A DNA stretch of 64,000 nucleotides from an uncultured delta proteobacterium. GTDB taxonomy: Bacteria > Myxococcota > Myxococcia > Myxococcales > Myxococcaceae. Shown here one piece after another: positions 9,742-17,985 of this stretch (position 1 is the stretch's first letter; the number at the start of each line of letters is the position of its first letter). Location: contig CAVUXN010000004.1 of the NCBI GenBank assembly GCA_963745475.1, positions 32,001 through 96,000 of the forward strand. The letters run 5' to 3'. Both the position numbers and the translations under genes were made by a program. A model generated the notes under the pieces. It was not told the origin of the DNA. It did not search any database and worked only from the letters and a program-made list of their open reading frames with translations.

Positions 9742-10287
9742 TCACGACGCGTGGGCGGAGCGCCCGGTGAAAAGCCACGTCGGGCTCAGCACCAGCGCAA
9801 AGCCGCCGAGCAGCAGCAACAAGCCAAGCGCGCCAAGCTCAAGACAGCCCAGCGCTCCGGCCAGCGTTCCAACGGTGCCTGCGACGCCGAGAAACATGCG
9901 ACGGCCGCTTGCCAGTGCGGTGCTTCGCCAGGCGATGAGGGCCCCGGCCGCGAGACCACCGGCCAGACAGCTGACGAGGCACAGCTGGGTGCAGTCGTGA
10001 AGCCCGCACCCCAGGCCGGCCCGCATGGCAACGGCCGGGGCAAGGAGCGGAACCACTCCGGCCACAAGCCCCGGGAGCACGGCGCGCGCGCTCGTCCGGC
10101 GCAGAAGGCCAGCCCCCAGCGCCGCGAGCACAAGGGCACCGCCCAAGACGGGCGTCAAGCCTGAGTGGGGTCTGGCCAGGGCGAAGGCCACCAAGGCAGC
10201 GGCCGCCGCGACGCCCGGAAGTGCCACCCGCAGTCGCCCCAGCTCGTAACTCACGCGGGCGCGCGCCAGCAGCTCAGTCGAGTCCAT
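9742..10287 (-). CDS. Putative membrane anti-sigma factor with a Cys cluster (possibly NrsF/DUF1109-like)
   Basis: Overlaps the 3' end of the ECF gene; about 5-6 TM helices; CGLHDCTQLCLVSC loop and GTLAGALGC. Confidence 0.6.
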   Translation of the reverse strand: MDSTELLARARVSYELGRLRVALPGVAAAAALVAFALARPHSGLTPVLGGALVLAALGAGLLRRTSARAVLPGLVAGVVPLLAPAVAMRAGLGCGLHDCTQLCLVSCLAGGLAAGALIAWRSTALASGRRMFLGVAGTVGTLAGALGCLELGALGLLLLLGGFALVLSPTWLFTGRSAHAS

Positions 10288-10804
10288 AGCGCTCCCTCCA
10301 GGCCGTCCGAAGACGGCGTGCCGCCCGCTCGAGTCGCTTTCGAAACGTCGCTCCGGGGACTGCTGGGCGCGGCTCGAGCTCGACCCACGCGAGCAACGTC
10401 TGCGTGTCCTCGGGCTTGAGCGTGCCCAGGACTTCCTCCAGAGCCTTCTTCATTTCTGCGCGGAGTAGGCCCCGCTCGGCCTCACTCTCGGTAGCGAACA
10501 AGGCCAGCGGGGCATCGGCCGTCTCGCGCAGCCGAGAACGTTTCCGGGCAACGGTGCGGCACTCCGCGGTGGCCATGGCCAAGGCCCACCCCAAGGCGTC
10601 GCCCCGGGGGTTGAAGTCGGAAACTTTGAAGAAGAGCCTCTCCAATGTCACTTGGGTGGCGTCCTCGGCATCAGCCTCATTGCGCAGCATGCGTCGGCAA
10701 AAACTGCGAACCACCGGGTGGAGCCCGTCGAAAACCGGCCGCAGCATACGGCGGTCTCCCTCCGCAAGCCGGGCCATGGCTGTTTGAAGCTGATTGCGGT
10801 CCAC
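10274..10804 (-). CDS. ECF-type RNA polymerase sigma factor
   Basis: Region 2 motif ADAEDATQVTL...WAL; C-terminal region-4-like LKPEDTQTLL...ATFRKRLERAARRLR. Confidence 0.85.
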   Translation of the reverse strand: MDRNQLQTAMARLAEGDRRMLRPVFDGLHPVVRSFCRRMLRNEADAEDATQVTLERLFFKVSDFNPRGDALGWALAMATAECRTVARKRSRLRETADAPLALFATESEAERGLLRAEMKKALEEVLGTLKPEDTQTLLAWVELEPRPAVPGATFRKRLERAARRLRTAWRERYGLD

Positions 10805-10822
10805 CCGATGGATTCGCTCGCT

Positions 10823-10945
10823 TTACGGACAGAAGGGACAGTGTGGGCAGAAGGGGCAGCACACCGCGTGTGCGGTGGCCGCAAACGCCATGGCTGGTAG
10901 TGCCAGCCCTAGGAGGAACGTCAACTTCGTCTTCCAGCTTCGCAT
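10823..10945 (-). CDS. 40-aa signal-peptide-bearing Cys-rich micropeptide MRSWKTKLTFLLGLALPAMAFAATAHAVCCPFCPHCPFCP (not in ORF track)
   Basis: Translated by hand. AAGGAG SD 6 nt upstream of ATG; basic N-region, hydrophobic H-region and AxA sites; CP-repeat core; TAA 18 nt before the ECF start. Confidence 0.8.
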   Translation of the reverse strand: MRSWKTKLTFLLGLALPAMAFAATAHAVCCPFCPHCPFCP

Positions 10946-10953
10946 GGACATCT

Positions 10954-10989
10954 CCTTGAGGCGGACCGTCAACGGTCCGGGGCTCAAGG
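10954..10989 (-). promoter_or_regulatory. 5'UTR hairpin overlapping the Shine-Dalgarno of the micropeptide gene
   Basis: Plus-strand CCTTGAG-G-CGGACCGT-CA-ACGGTCCG-GGG-CTCAAGG: 7-bp and 8-bp perfect stems. Confidence 0.5.
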
Positions 10990-11038
10990 TCTATGGGCGT
11001 GGGAGGGACGAAGCGTGACAGGCCCCCCCGACGGCGCC

Positions 11039-14000
11039 TCAGGGTTCGGGGCTGGACAGAGACGGTACCAGGCGACCGCCAGAGGGGACTTTCTCCTTGA
11101 GCGGGTCATCCGCGCGATGGTCTTTGGCGATGAGCAGGTAAATGGCCGGCACGAAGAAGAGCGTGAAAACCGTCCCCACGGCCATCCCGGTGACGAGCAC
11201 CAAGCCGATGCTGTTTCGCGCCGCGGCCCCAGCGCCGGTCACGAGCGTCAGTGGAAAGTGTCCAGCCACAGTGGCCACGCTGGTCATCATGATGGGCCGA
11301 AGGCGCGTCATGGCCGCCTCCTTCACCGCTTCAATCTTCGTCTTGCCGGACTCCTGAAGCTGGTTGGCGAACTGGACGATGAGGATTCCGTTCTTGGAAA
11401 TGAGTCCCACCAACGTCACCAGCCCCACCTGGGAGTAGATGTTGATTGTGGTCGTCCACCCGTCGGTGAAGAAGTGCATCTCGGGATTCGGCATCTTCAG
11501 GAAGGTCGTAATCATCGACCCGAAGAGCGCCAGCGGGACCGAGCCCGCGAGGATGACGAACGGATCGCGAAAACTGTTGAACTGTGCCGCCAGCACCAGA
11601 AAGATGAGAACAACGGCCAGGAAGAACGCCGGCAGAAATTTGTCGCCTTCCGTCCGAAGCTGACGCGACTCGCCGGTGTAGTCCAGGACATAGCCCTTGG
11701 GCAGAATCTCCTTTGCGGTGGTCTCGAGGAATTTGAGCCCGTCGTCGAGTGACGCAGCAACACCACTGAGCTTGACGGCGTTCAGCTGCTGGAACCGGTT
11801 CAGAGAACGCGGCGTAACCGTTTCCCGGATTTGCGCGATGGAGGACAGCTTCACGAGTCCCCCGCCCGGGCCGGTGACGTAAATGTCGTTGAGCTGGTCC
11901 GGATTGAGCCGGTCCGTCCGGGCGAGTTGTGGGATGACCTTGTAGCTCCGCCCGGAGATGCTGAAGCGGTTGACGAAATTCCCGCCCACCGCCGCCCCCA
12001 AGTCCTGACCTACCGTTTGCAGGTTCAAGCCAAGCTCGGCCACCTTCTCGCGGTCGATGATGACTTCGGACTGCGGCTGGTCGATTTTCACGTCGATGAT
12101 GGGCGGGAAATAGAACTTCTTGCTCGCCGTCGCCTTCTCCTGAAGTTTGGTGGCGAATTCGAGCACCTCGGACGCCTCGGCCGTAGAGGCGACGACAACT
12201 TCGATGGGAAATGTCCCGCCACCCGGCAGAGCCGGCGGGAGCACGGCGAAGGTCTGGACGCCGGGAATGACCCCCACCCGACCCTGCACTTCACGGAGGA
12301 TTTGCGCCGCCGTCCGCTTCCGCTTGTCCCAGGGCTTCAATCCGTCGCCCCAGAAGCCACCACCGGGGTTGGTGATTTGAAAGGTGAATTGGGTCTCCGG
12401 AATCTCCATCAACGTCCGATTGATCTCTTTGGTGGAGACCTCCAGCTGGTCGAGGGTTGAGTTCGCCGGCGTGTTGAGGATGCCGAAGATGACGCCCTGG
12501 TCCTCGGCCGGAGCCAACTCCTTGGGCGATTGCATGAACATCACCACGGCCAGAAATGTGAACACGCCCCAGGCCATGTAGATGATGCCGCGGCGGGCCA
12601 GGACGAATTCCAAGCCCCTCCCGTACGCGTTGCGCAGGCGTCCGAAACCATGGGTGATGTAGCGCGCCAGGCCGCGCTCGTCGTCTCCGGGCTTGAGGAG
12701 ATAGGCCGACATCATCGGGGAGAGCGTGAGTGCCACCACGCCGGAAATGGTGACCGCACCGGCTAGGGTCAGCGCAAACTCCCGGAACAGCGAGCCGGTC
12801 AGACCTCCCTGAAACGCGATGGGTGCGTACACCGACGCCAGGGTGATGGTCATGGCGATGATGGGCGTGACCAGCTCTCGCGCACCGGTGAGCGCCGCTT
12901 GGATGGGTTTCATCCCGTCGCTGATGTGGCGCTCTACGTTTTCGACGACGACGATGGCGTCGTCGACCACCAATCCGACCGACAGGACGATGGCCAGAAG
13001 GGTGAGCAGGTTCACGGTGAAGCCAAAGACCTGCATCAGGAACACCGCTCCAATGAGCGACACCGGGATTGCAACGACCGGCACCAGCACCGAGCGCAGC
13101 GAGCCGAGGAACAGAAAGATGACGATGACGACGATGAGCAGCGTCCCGCCCAAGGTCTTGATGACCTCGTCGATGGCGCTCTGGATGTACTCCGTCGCGT
13201 CGTAAGCGACGACGGCCTTGATTTGCTCGGGGAGCTCCTTTTTGAGCTGCGTCATTTCAGTGCGGACGCGCTTGATGACGTCCAGAGAGTTGGCATTGGG
13301 CAATACCCACACCCCGACGAACACCGCGGTCTGTCCGCTGAACCCGACCGCAGTGTCGTAGTCCTCGGCCCCGAGCACCACGTCTGCCACGTCGGACAAG
13401 CGCACCAAGGCTCCACCGCTCTGGCGGATGATTAGCTGACGAAACTCGTCCACCGAGCGCAAGTCGGTGTTGGTGGTGAGGTTCACCTGGACTAGCGACC
13501 CCTTGGTCTGCCCAACCGCCGCCAGGTAGTTGTTTGTCGCGAGCGCCTGTCGGACCTGCGCCGGGCTGATGTTGAGCGCGGCCATGCGGTCGGGCTTGAG
13601 CCAGATGCGCATGGCGAAGGTGCGAGCTCCCAGAAGGTCCGCTCTCTGCACGCCCTCGACCGCGGTCAACCTCGGCTGGACGACGCGGACCAGGTAGTCG
13701 GTAATCTCGTTCTGCTTGAGAAACTCCGACGAGAAGCTCAGGTAGGCCGAGGCGAATTGACTGTCGGCGGACTCGATGTTGAGCACCGGGACCTGGGCCT
13801 CCGGCGGCAAATCACCGCGCACCTGGTCCACTTTGGAACTGATTTCGGCCAGCGCCTTTGTGGAGTCGTAGTTGAGCCGGAGGCGGGCGCGGATGATGGA
13901 CACACCCTGGCTACTGGTCGACTCGATGTAGTCGATGCCGTCGGCTGCTGCGATGACGCGTTCCATTGGCGTGGTGATGAAGCCACGCACCAACTCCGCG

Positions 14001-14164
14001 TTGGCACCGACGTACACGGTGGTGACGGTCACCACCGCGTTCTCATTGTGGGGGAACTGCCGCACGTTCAGCGTCCGGATGGCCTGAACCCCGGCGATGA
14101 CGATGATGAGATTTACGACAATGGCGATGACCGGTCGCCGGATAAAGAGGTCTGTGAACTTCAT
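11039..14164 (-). CDS. RND efflux transporter permease (HAE1; MexW/MexI-like)
   Basis: 1041 aa; FIRRPV start, GLVVDDAIVVVEN, LFREFA, SKNGILIV and RLRPIMMT motifs. Confidence 0.95.
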   Translation of the reverse strand: MKFTDLFIRRPVIAIVVNLIIVIAGVQAIRTLNVRQFPHNENAVVTVTTVYVGANAELVRGFITTPMERVIAAADGIDYIESTSSQGVSIIRARLRLNYDSTKALAEISSKVDQVRGDLPPEAQVPVLNIESADSQFASAYLSFSSEFLKQNEITDYLVRVVQPRLTAVEGVQRADLLGARTFAMRIWLKPDRMAALNISPAQVRQALATNNYLAAVGQTKGSLVQVNLTTNTDLRSVDEFRQLIIRQSGGALVRLSDVADVVLGAEDYDTAVGFSGQTAVFVGVWVLPNANSLDVIKRVRTEMTQLKKELPEQIKAVVAYDATEYIQSAIDEVIKTLGGTLLIVVIVIFLFLGSLRSVLVPVVAIPVSLIGAVFLMQVFGFTVNLLTLLAIVLSVGLVVDDAIVVVENVERHISDGMKPIQAALTGARELVTPIIAMTITLASVYAPIAFQGGLTGSLFREFALTLAGAVTISGVVALTLSPMMSAYLLKPGDDERGLARYITHGFGRLRNAYGRGLEFVLARRGIIYMAWGVFTFLAVVMFMQSPKELAPAEDQGVIFGILNTPANSTLDQLEVSTKEINRTLMEIPETQFTFQITNPGGGFWGDGLKPWDKRKRTAAQILREVQGRVGVIPGVQTFAVLPPALPGGGTFPIEVVVASTAEASEVLEFATKLQEKATASKKFYFPPIIDVKIDQPQSEVIIDREKVAELGLNLQTVGQDLGAAVGGNFVNRFSISGRSYKVIPQLARTDRLNPDQLNDIYVTGPGGGLVKLSSIAQIRETVTPRSLNRFQQLNAVKLSGVAASLDDGLKFLETTAKEILPKGYVLDYTGESRQLRTEGDKFLPAFFLAVVLIFLVLAAQFNSFRDPFVILAGSVPLALFGSMITTFLKMPNPEMHFFTDGWTTTINIYSQVGLVTLVGLISKNGILIVQFANQLQESGKTKIEAVKEAAMTRLRPIMMTSVATVAGHFPLTLVTGAGAAARNSIGLVLVTGMAVGTVFTLFFVPAIYLLIAKDHRADDPLKEKVPSGGRLVPSLSSPEP

Positions 14165-14177
14165 GTCGCCACTCTCC

Positions 14178-15386
14178 TCAGCGGTCGGCCGGTTGCGGGT
14201 CGACCTGGGCCGGCGCCGTGTCAGGTTTCACCACCACGGCCATGCCGTTCTTCACCTTGAATGCGCCATTGCTCACCACCGTCTCGTCGGGGTTGAGCCC
14301 CGAGACGATGACCGCGAAATCCCCCCGCCGTTCGCCCACCCGAACGAAGCGCTGTTTGGCGACCAGCCCGTCCTTGCCGTCCGCACCTTTCGTCTTCTCC
14401 AGCACGTAGACCGAGTCGCCATAGGGCGCGAAGATGATGCTGGTGGCCGGAACAATCAGCACGTGTTCGAGCTGGTCGGCGAAAACATCCACGTTCGCGA
14501 ACATCCCCGGCGTCAGACGGCCGTCCTGGTTTTCGACCGTGGCGCGCATCCGAACGTTGCGAGTATTCGAGTCCACCTCGGGGTTGATGGTGGTGATGGT
14601 CCCGTCCCAGGTCGACCCCGGAAAGACGTCCACCTTCAGGGCGACATGCTGGCCCAGCTTGACGGTGGCCAATGCCTGCTGGGGGAGCTGGAACTCGGCG
14701 TAGATGGGAGTCACCGTCTGGAGCGAGACGATGGGGTTGCCGGGCGAGAGCATCTGGCCCAGCTCGACTTGCCGGATGGCCACCCGGCCGGCGAAGGGCG
14801 CGCGAATCACCTTCTTCGCGATGGTTGCCCGGAGGTTGTCCACCGCCGCCTTGGTCTGAACGCTTCTGGCCTCGGCGGCTTCCAGGTCGACCTGGGTGTT
14901 GACCAGGTCCTTGCGCAGCCGCTGCGCGCGCTCCAAGGTTTGCTTGGCCAGGGCCTGGTCCGCGAGCGCCCCCTCGAGCTGTGCCTCCTCGGTGGAGGTG
15001 TCCTGGCGAACCAGGAGCTGGCCCTGCTTCACTAAGGACCCGTTCTCGAAGGCAATCTCTCGGACCGCGCCAGTCAGCTCGGCAGCGAGCGTCACACTGC
15101 GCGTGGCGACCAGCGTCCCGACGGCCGAATGCACAGGGCGCCAGTCGACGGTCTTTCCCGGAGCGGCGGTGACCGACTCAGGCGGAGGAACCATGATTTT
15201 CCCCGCCTTAATCATCGAGGCGATTTGCCAGACCTTGATGCCGGCCAAGGCCAGGAAGACGAGGAGCAGGACTCCGGCCGCAATGAGCCAACGGCGGACC
15301 TTTCCGGTCCTCTTCGGCTTTTCATTCGACAGCGAGGGTTCCGGGGAGGCGTCACCCCGGGCTTCCACTTCAGCAGGACGGAACAT
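14178..15386 (-). CDS. RND periplasmic adaptor (membrane fusion protein)
   Basis: N-terminal TM; lipoyl-like VKQGQLLV, IRAPFAG and LTPGMFA motifs; directly upstream of the RND gene. Confidence 0.92.
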   Translation of the reverse strand: MFRPAEVEARGDASPEPSLSNEKPKRTGKVRRWLIAAGVLLLVFLALAGIKVWQIASMIKAGKIMVPPPESVTAAPGKTVDWRPVHSAVGTLVATRSVTLAAELTGAVREIAFENGSLVKQGQLLVRQDTSTEEAQLEGALADQALAKQTLERAQRLRKDLVNTQVDLEAAEARSVQTKAAVDNLRATIAKKVIRAPFAGRVAIRQVELGQMLSPGNPIVSLQTVTPIYAEFQLPQQALATVKLGQHVALKVDVFPGSTWDGTITTINPEVDSNTRNVRMRATVENQDGRLTPGMFANVDVFADQLEHVLIVPATSIIFAPYGDSVYVLEKTKGADGKDGLVAKQRFVRVGERRGDFAVIVSGLNPDETVVSNGAFKVKNGMAVVVKPDTAPAQVDPQPADR

Positions 15387-15616
15387 GGTTGGGGGACCGG
15401 ACGGTGAAGAGTTCGAACCTCCAATTACCCGTGTTCAGCTCCCTTGGCTCGCCAAAATGCACGGGGAGGGTCCAAGGGGGCCGGAAGGGGGCAAGGGGGG
15501 GGCCATTTCTCCCCTACGGATGGCGCGGAAAGGGCTTTCCTGGCCCGGGCGCCCCTTCCAGCGACACGAAACTCAGCAGGGGGACGGAAAACCCCCTTGT
15601 GGGCCTTCGGGGGGCG

Positions 15617-16075
15617 CTAGAGAGTCTCGAGCAGGCCAGACTGGCGGACTTCCGCCATCAGCATCTGCCGGTCGCTGTCGACGAGGGCCGTCCAGGAGTC
15701 GTGTAACTCGGCCAGAAGCAGCTCCACGTGTCTGAAGTCCTGCTCGTTGCGCCGGTAGGCGGCCTTCTGGGCCGAGGTACTCTTAAAACCAGCGCTGGTG
15801 CAGCGCGCAGCGTCTTCCGAGGCTTGCTGCCCGAGCTCGAGAAGTCGGTCGAGCATGGCGGTGGCTTCGACTGTCGACCGAGCGGAGACCGGGATGGCCC
15901 GGAGACTGGCCGTGCGACGCGACCTGTCCCAGTGCTTGAGAATCTCGATGGCCTTTCGGTCGACGACCACGAGCTTCTCGTGCCTGCCCGCGCACCACGC
16001 GCCGTCGAGCACCGCGGGACTGCCCGCAAAGGCAGCCGAGCAGCACAGGAGAGCGGCGAGACAAACCGAGCGCAT
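15617..16075 (-). CDS. Hypothetical secreted protein
   Basis: Signal-peptide-like MRSVCLAALLCCSAAFA from ATG 16075; helical, protein-like composition. Confidence 0.5.
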   Translation of the reverse strand: MRSVCLAALLCCSAAFAGSPAVLDGAWCAGRHEKLVVVDRKAIEILKHWDRSRRTASLRAIPVSARSTVEATAMLDRLLELGQQASEDAARCTSAGFKSTSAQKAAYRRNEQDFRHVELLLAELHDSWTALVDSDRQMLMAEVRQSGLLETL

Positions 16076-16332
16076 CAGGGCTGTTCCGAAGCAAACTTCG
16101 CGCCCGCAAAAAACCCCTGACGCCATCGCCCCTTGCCCGCGACCGGGGTGGGTCACTCCTCCTTCGGAGGGCCTCGGGGCGGGGTGCTGACGACCTCGAG
16201 GTTCTCCCCCGCAAAGACGCCCCTCGGGGCCGGCAGGCCCTCACGCGAGAGTGGCGGTGGCGCCCTGCAGGAAGCGTCCCTAACTTGGCCGTAGCTTCTT
16301 AAACGCAACGGGACGACGGCAGGAGACATGCG

Positions 16333-16482
16333 ATGAATCTACTTTGGGGCTTGGTGGTGATTCTCGTCGTGTTGTGGCTGCTCGGTTTCTCGCTTCACGT
16401 CGGGGGCGGCCTCATCCACCTGCTTCTCGTCATCGCTGTCATCGTCATTGTGGTCCGTCTCGTCACCGGACGTGGCGTCTAG
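16333..16482 (+). CDS. lmo0937-family (DUF5670) small membrane protein, 49 aa (not in ORF track)
   Basis: Translated by hand: MNLLWGLVVILVVLWLLGFSLHVGGGLIHLLLVIAVIVIVVRLVTGRGV; AGGAG SD at 16321. Confidence 0.88.
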   Translation: MNLLWGLVVILVVLWLLGFSLHVGGGLIHLLLVIAVIVIVVRLVTGRGV

Positions 16483-16509
16483 CGAGGGGGGCTCGGCCCC
16501 GATGACGCT

Positions 16510-16875
16510 TCAGCTTGTCTCGTCGAGCACCCTGCGGGCCTGGCTCAGCGTTTCGCTGAGCGCAACTTCGGTCCCCGGAGCGGTTAGAAAACCGTTGACG
16601 AGTTCACCCAGCGCCTTTCGCAGTCGAGCGCAGCGGTCGACGAGCGCATCCCGCTCTACCTTGTAGCGCTCGGCCGTGGCGCCGGCGGCCTCGCGCTCCT
16701 GCACCACACGCGCGCTGGAATTTCGAATGTCAGTCAGGCCCTGGCGGAGCTCCATGCCCTCGCTCCAGGCGCGCCGGACCGCCGCCGCGAGGTGGCTCGC
16801 ATCGAGCTGTGCGCCCACCCGGTCGACTCCTTTGGGAAGCCGCGCTTCAATCTCTTTGAGCTCAAATTCTGTCAT
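16510..16875 (-). CDS. Hypothetical coiled-coil protein
   Basis: MTEFELKEIEARLPK start; helical composition and host-like codon usage. Confidence 0.55.
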   Translation of the reverse strand: MTEFELKEIEARLPKGVDRVGAQLDASHLAAAVRRAWSEGMELRQGLTDIRNSSARVVQEREAAGATAERYKVERDALVDRCARLRKALGELVNGFLTAPGTEVALSETLSQARRVLDETS

Positions 16876-17115
16876 TGGGTTTCCGTTGAAAGGCCTCGGC
16901 AACGTCCGGCTTTGGGGTTGACGCTCGCGGCCTGGGCCCCGGGCTGCGCTCACGGGGGGGCCGCAACTCGCGTCGCGTCTCCTCCATCAGCGGATGACTA
17001 TGGGCGTGTGGCGGAGACCGCGCAACTCGCAGCGGGGACGAGGTCTCACCACGGGGCGTCCTTCACGGACGAGAAAAGAGTTAAACCACGGGAGGCACAA
17101 ACGAGGGGTGGCGAC

Positions 17116-17358
17116 ATGAGCGAAGCGGACTTGAAGGCCGAGCTGGAGCGACTGAAAGCCGAGAACGAAGCCCTCAAAGCGCGCGGAAGCAGGGCCGTCT
17201 CGATGAAAGTCAGCGAGAAGGGCGGTCTTTCCGTTTATGGGCTGGGACGCTTCCCCGTCACCCTGTACCAGGAGCAGTGGCTCAAGCTCCTCGACCTGGC
17301 CGAGGACATCCGCGCCTTCATCCAACAGCACGAGGGCCAGCTGAAGAAGAAAGCCTAG
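17116..17358 (+). CDS. Small conserved-looking hypothetical protein (80 aa)
   Basis: GAGGGG SD; coiled N-terminus followed by KVSEKGGLSVYGLGRFPVTLYQEQW; strong GC3 bias. Confidence 0.8.
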   Translation: MSEADLKAELERLKAENEALKARGSRAVSMKVSEKGGLSVYGLGRFPVTLYQEQWLKLLDLAEDIRAFIQQHEGQLKKKA

Positions 17359-17445
17359 AGCGGCCCTCGGCGTTGGCCCGGGGGTGTGCGGCATGGCATG
17401 GGAAACGGCCCCGCCTCTTCCCGAGCGGGGTGCAGGCTCGTCGGC

Positions 17446-17949
17446 CTACACCGCTTTTAACAGGGTGTCGGCGTCACTCACCTCGAAGCGCGGGCCGACT
17501 TCGATGTTGAGCACCTTCACCACGCCGTTCTCGACAACCATCGCGTAGCGCTGTGAGCGGACGCCCATGCCACGGGCCGACAAGTCCTGGTCGAGCCCGA
17601 GGGCCTTGGTCCAAGTTGCGCTGCCGTCGGCCATCATTCGCACCTTACCGTCGGCTTTCTGGTCCTTCCCCCAGGCGCCCATGACGAAGGCGTCGTTGAC
17701 GCTGACGCACCAGATTTCATCCACACCTTTGGACTTGAAATCCTTGTAGTGAGCGACATAGCCGGGGACGTGCTTACCGGAGCACGTTGGAGTGAAGGCG
17801 CCGGGGAGGCCGAAGATGATGAGCCTTTTCCCCTTGACGAGGTCGGCGACTTGAAAGCTGTTCGGGCCGACAACACAGCCCGGCGTCTCGACTTCAATCA
17901 TTTCGGTGAGCGTTCCGTCCGGAAGCGAGTCACCAACTCGGATGGCCAT
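17446..17949 (-). CDS. Peroxiredoxin (Prx5 / redoxin family)
   Basis: PGAFTPTCS peroxidatic motif; SVNDAFVMGAW; RSQRYAM. Confidence 0.93.
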   Translation of the reverse strand: MAIRVGDSLPDGTLTEMIEVETPGCVVGPNSFQVADLVKGKRLIIFGLPGAFTPTCSGKHVPGYVAHYKDFKSKGVDEIWCVSVNDAFVMGAWGKDQKADGKVRMMADGSATWTKALGLDQDLSARGMGVRSQRYAMVVENGVVKVLNIEVGPRFEVSDADTLLKAV

Positions 17950-17985
17950 TTGTGCTCTCCTCGACGCGATTTTGGGTGGCAGCCC

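Noticed and set aside
11039..14164. RND pump as a CusA/CzcA heavy-metal exporter linked to the Cys peptide
   Set aside because: Its motifs (FIRRPV, GLVVDDAIVVVEN, RLRPIMMT) fit HAE1 drug/solvent pumps; adjacency alone is not evidence of a link.
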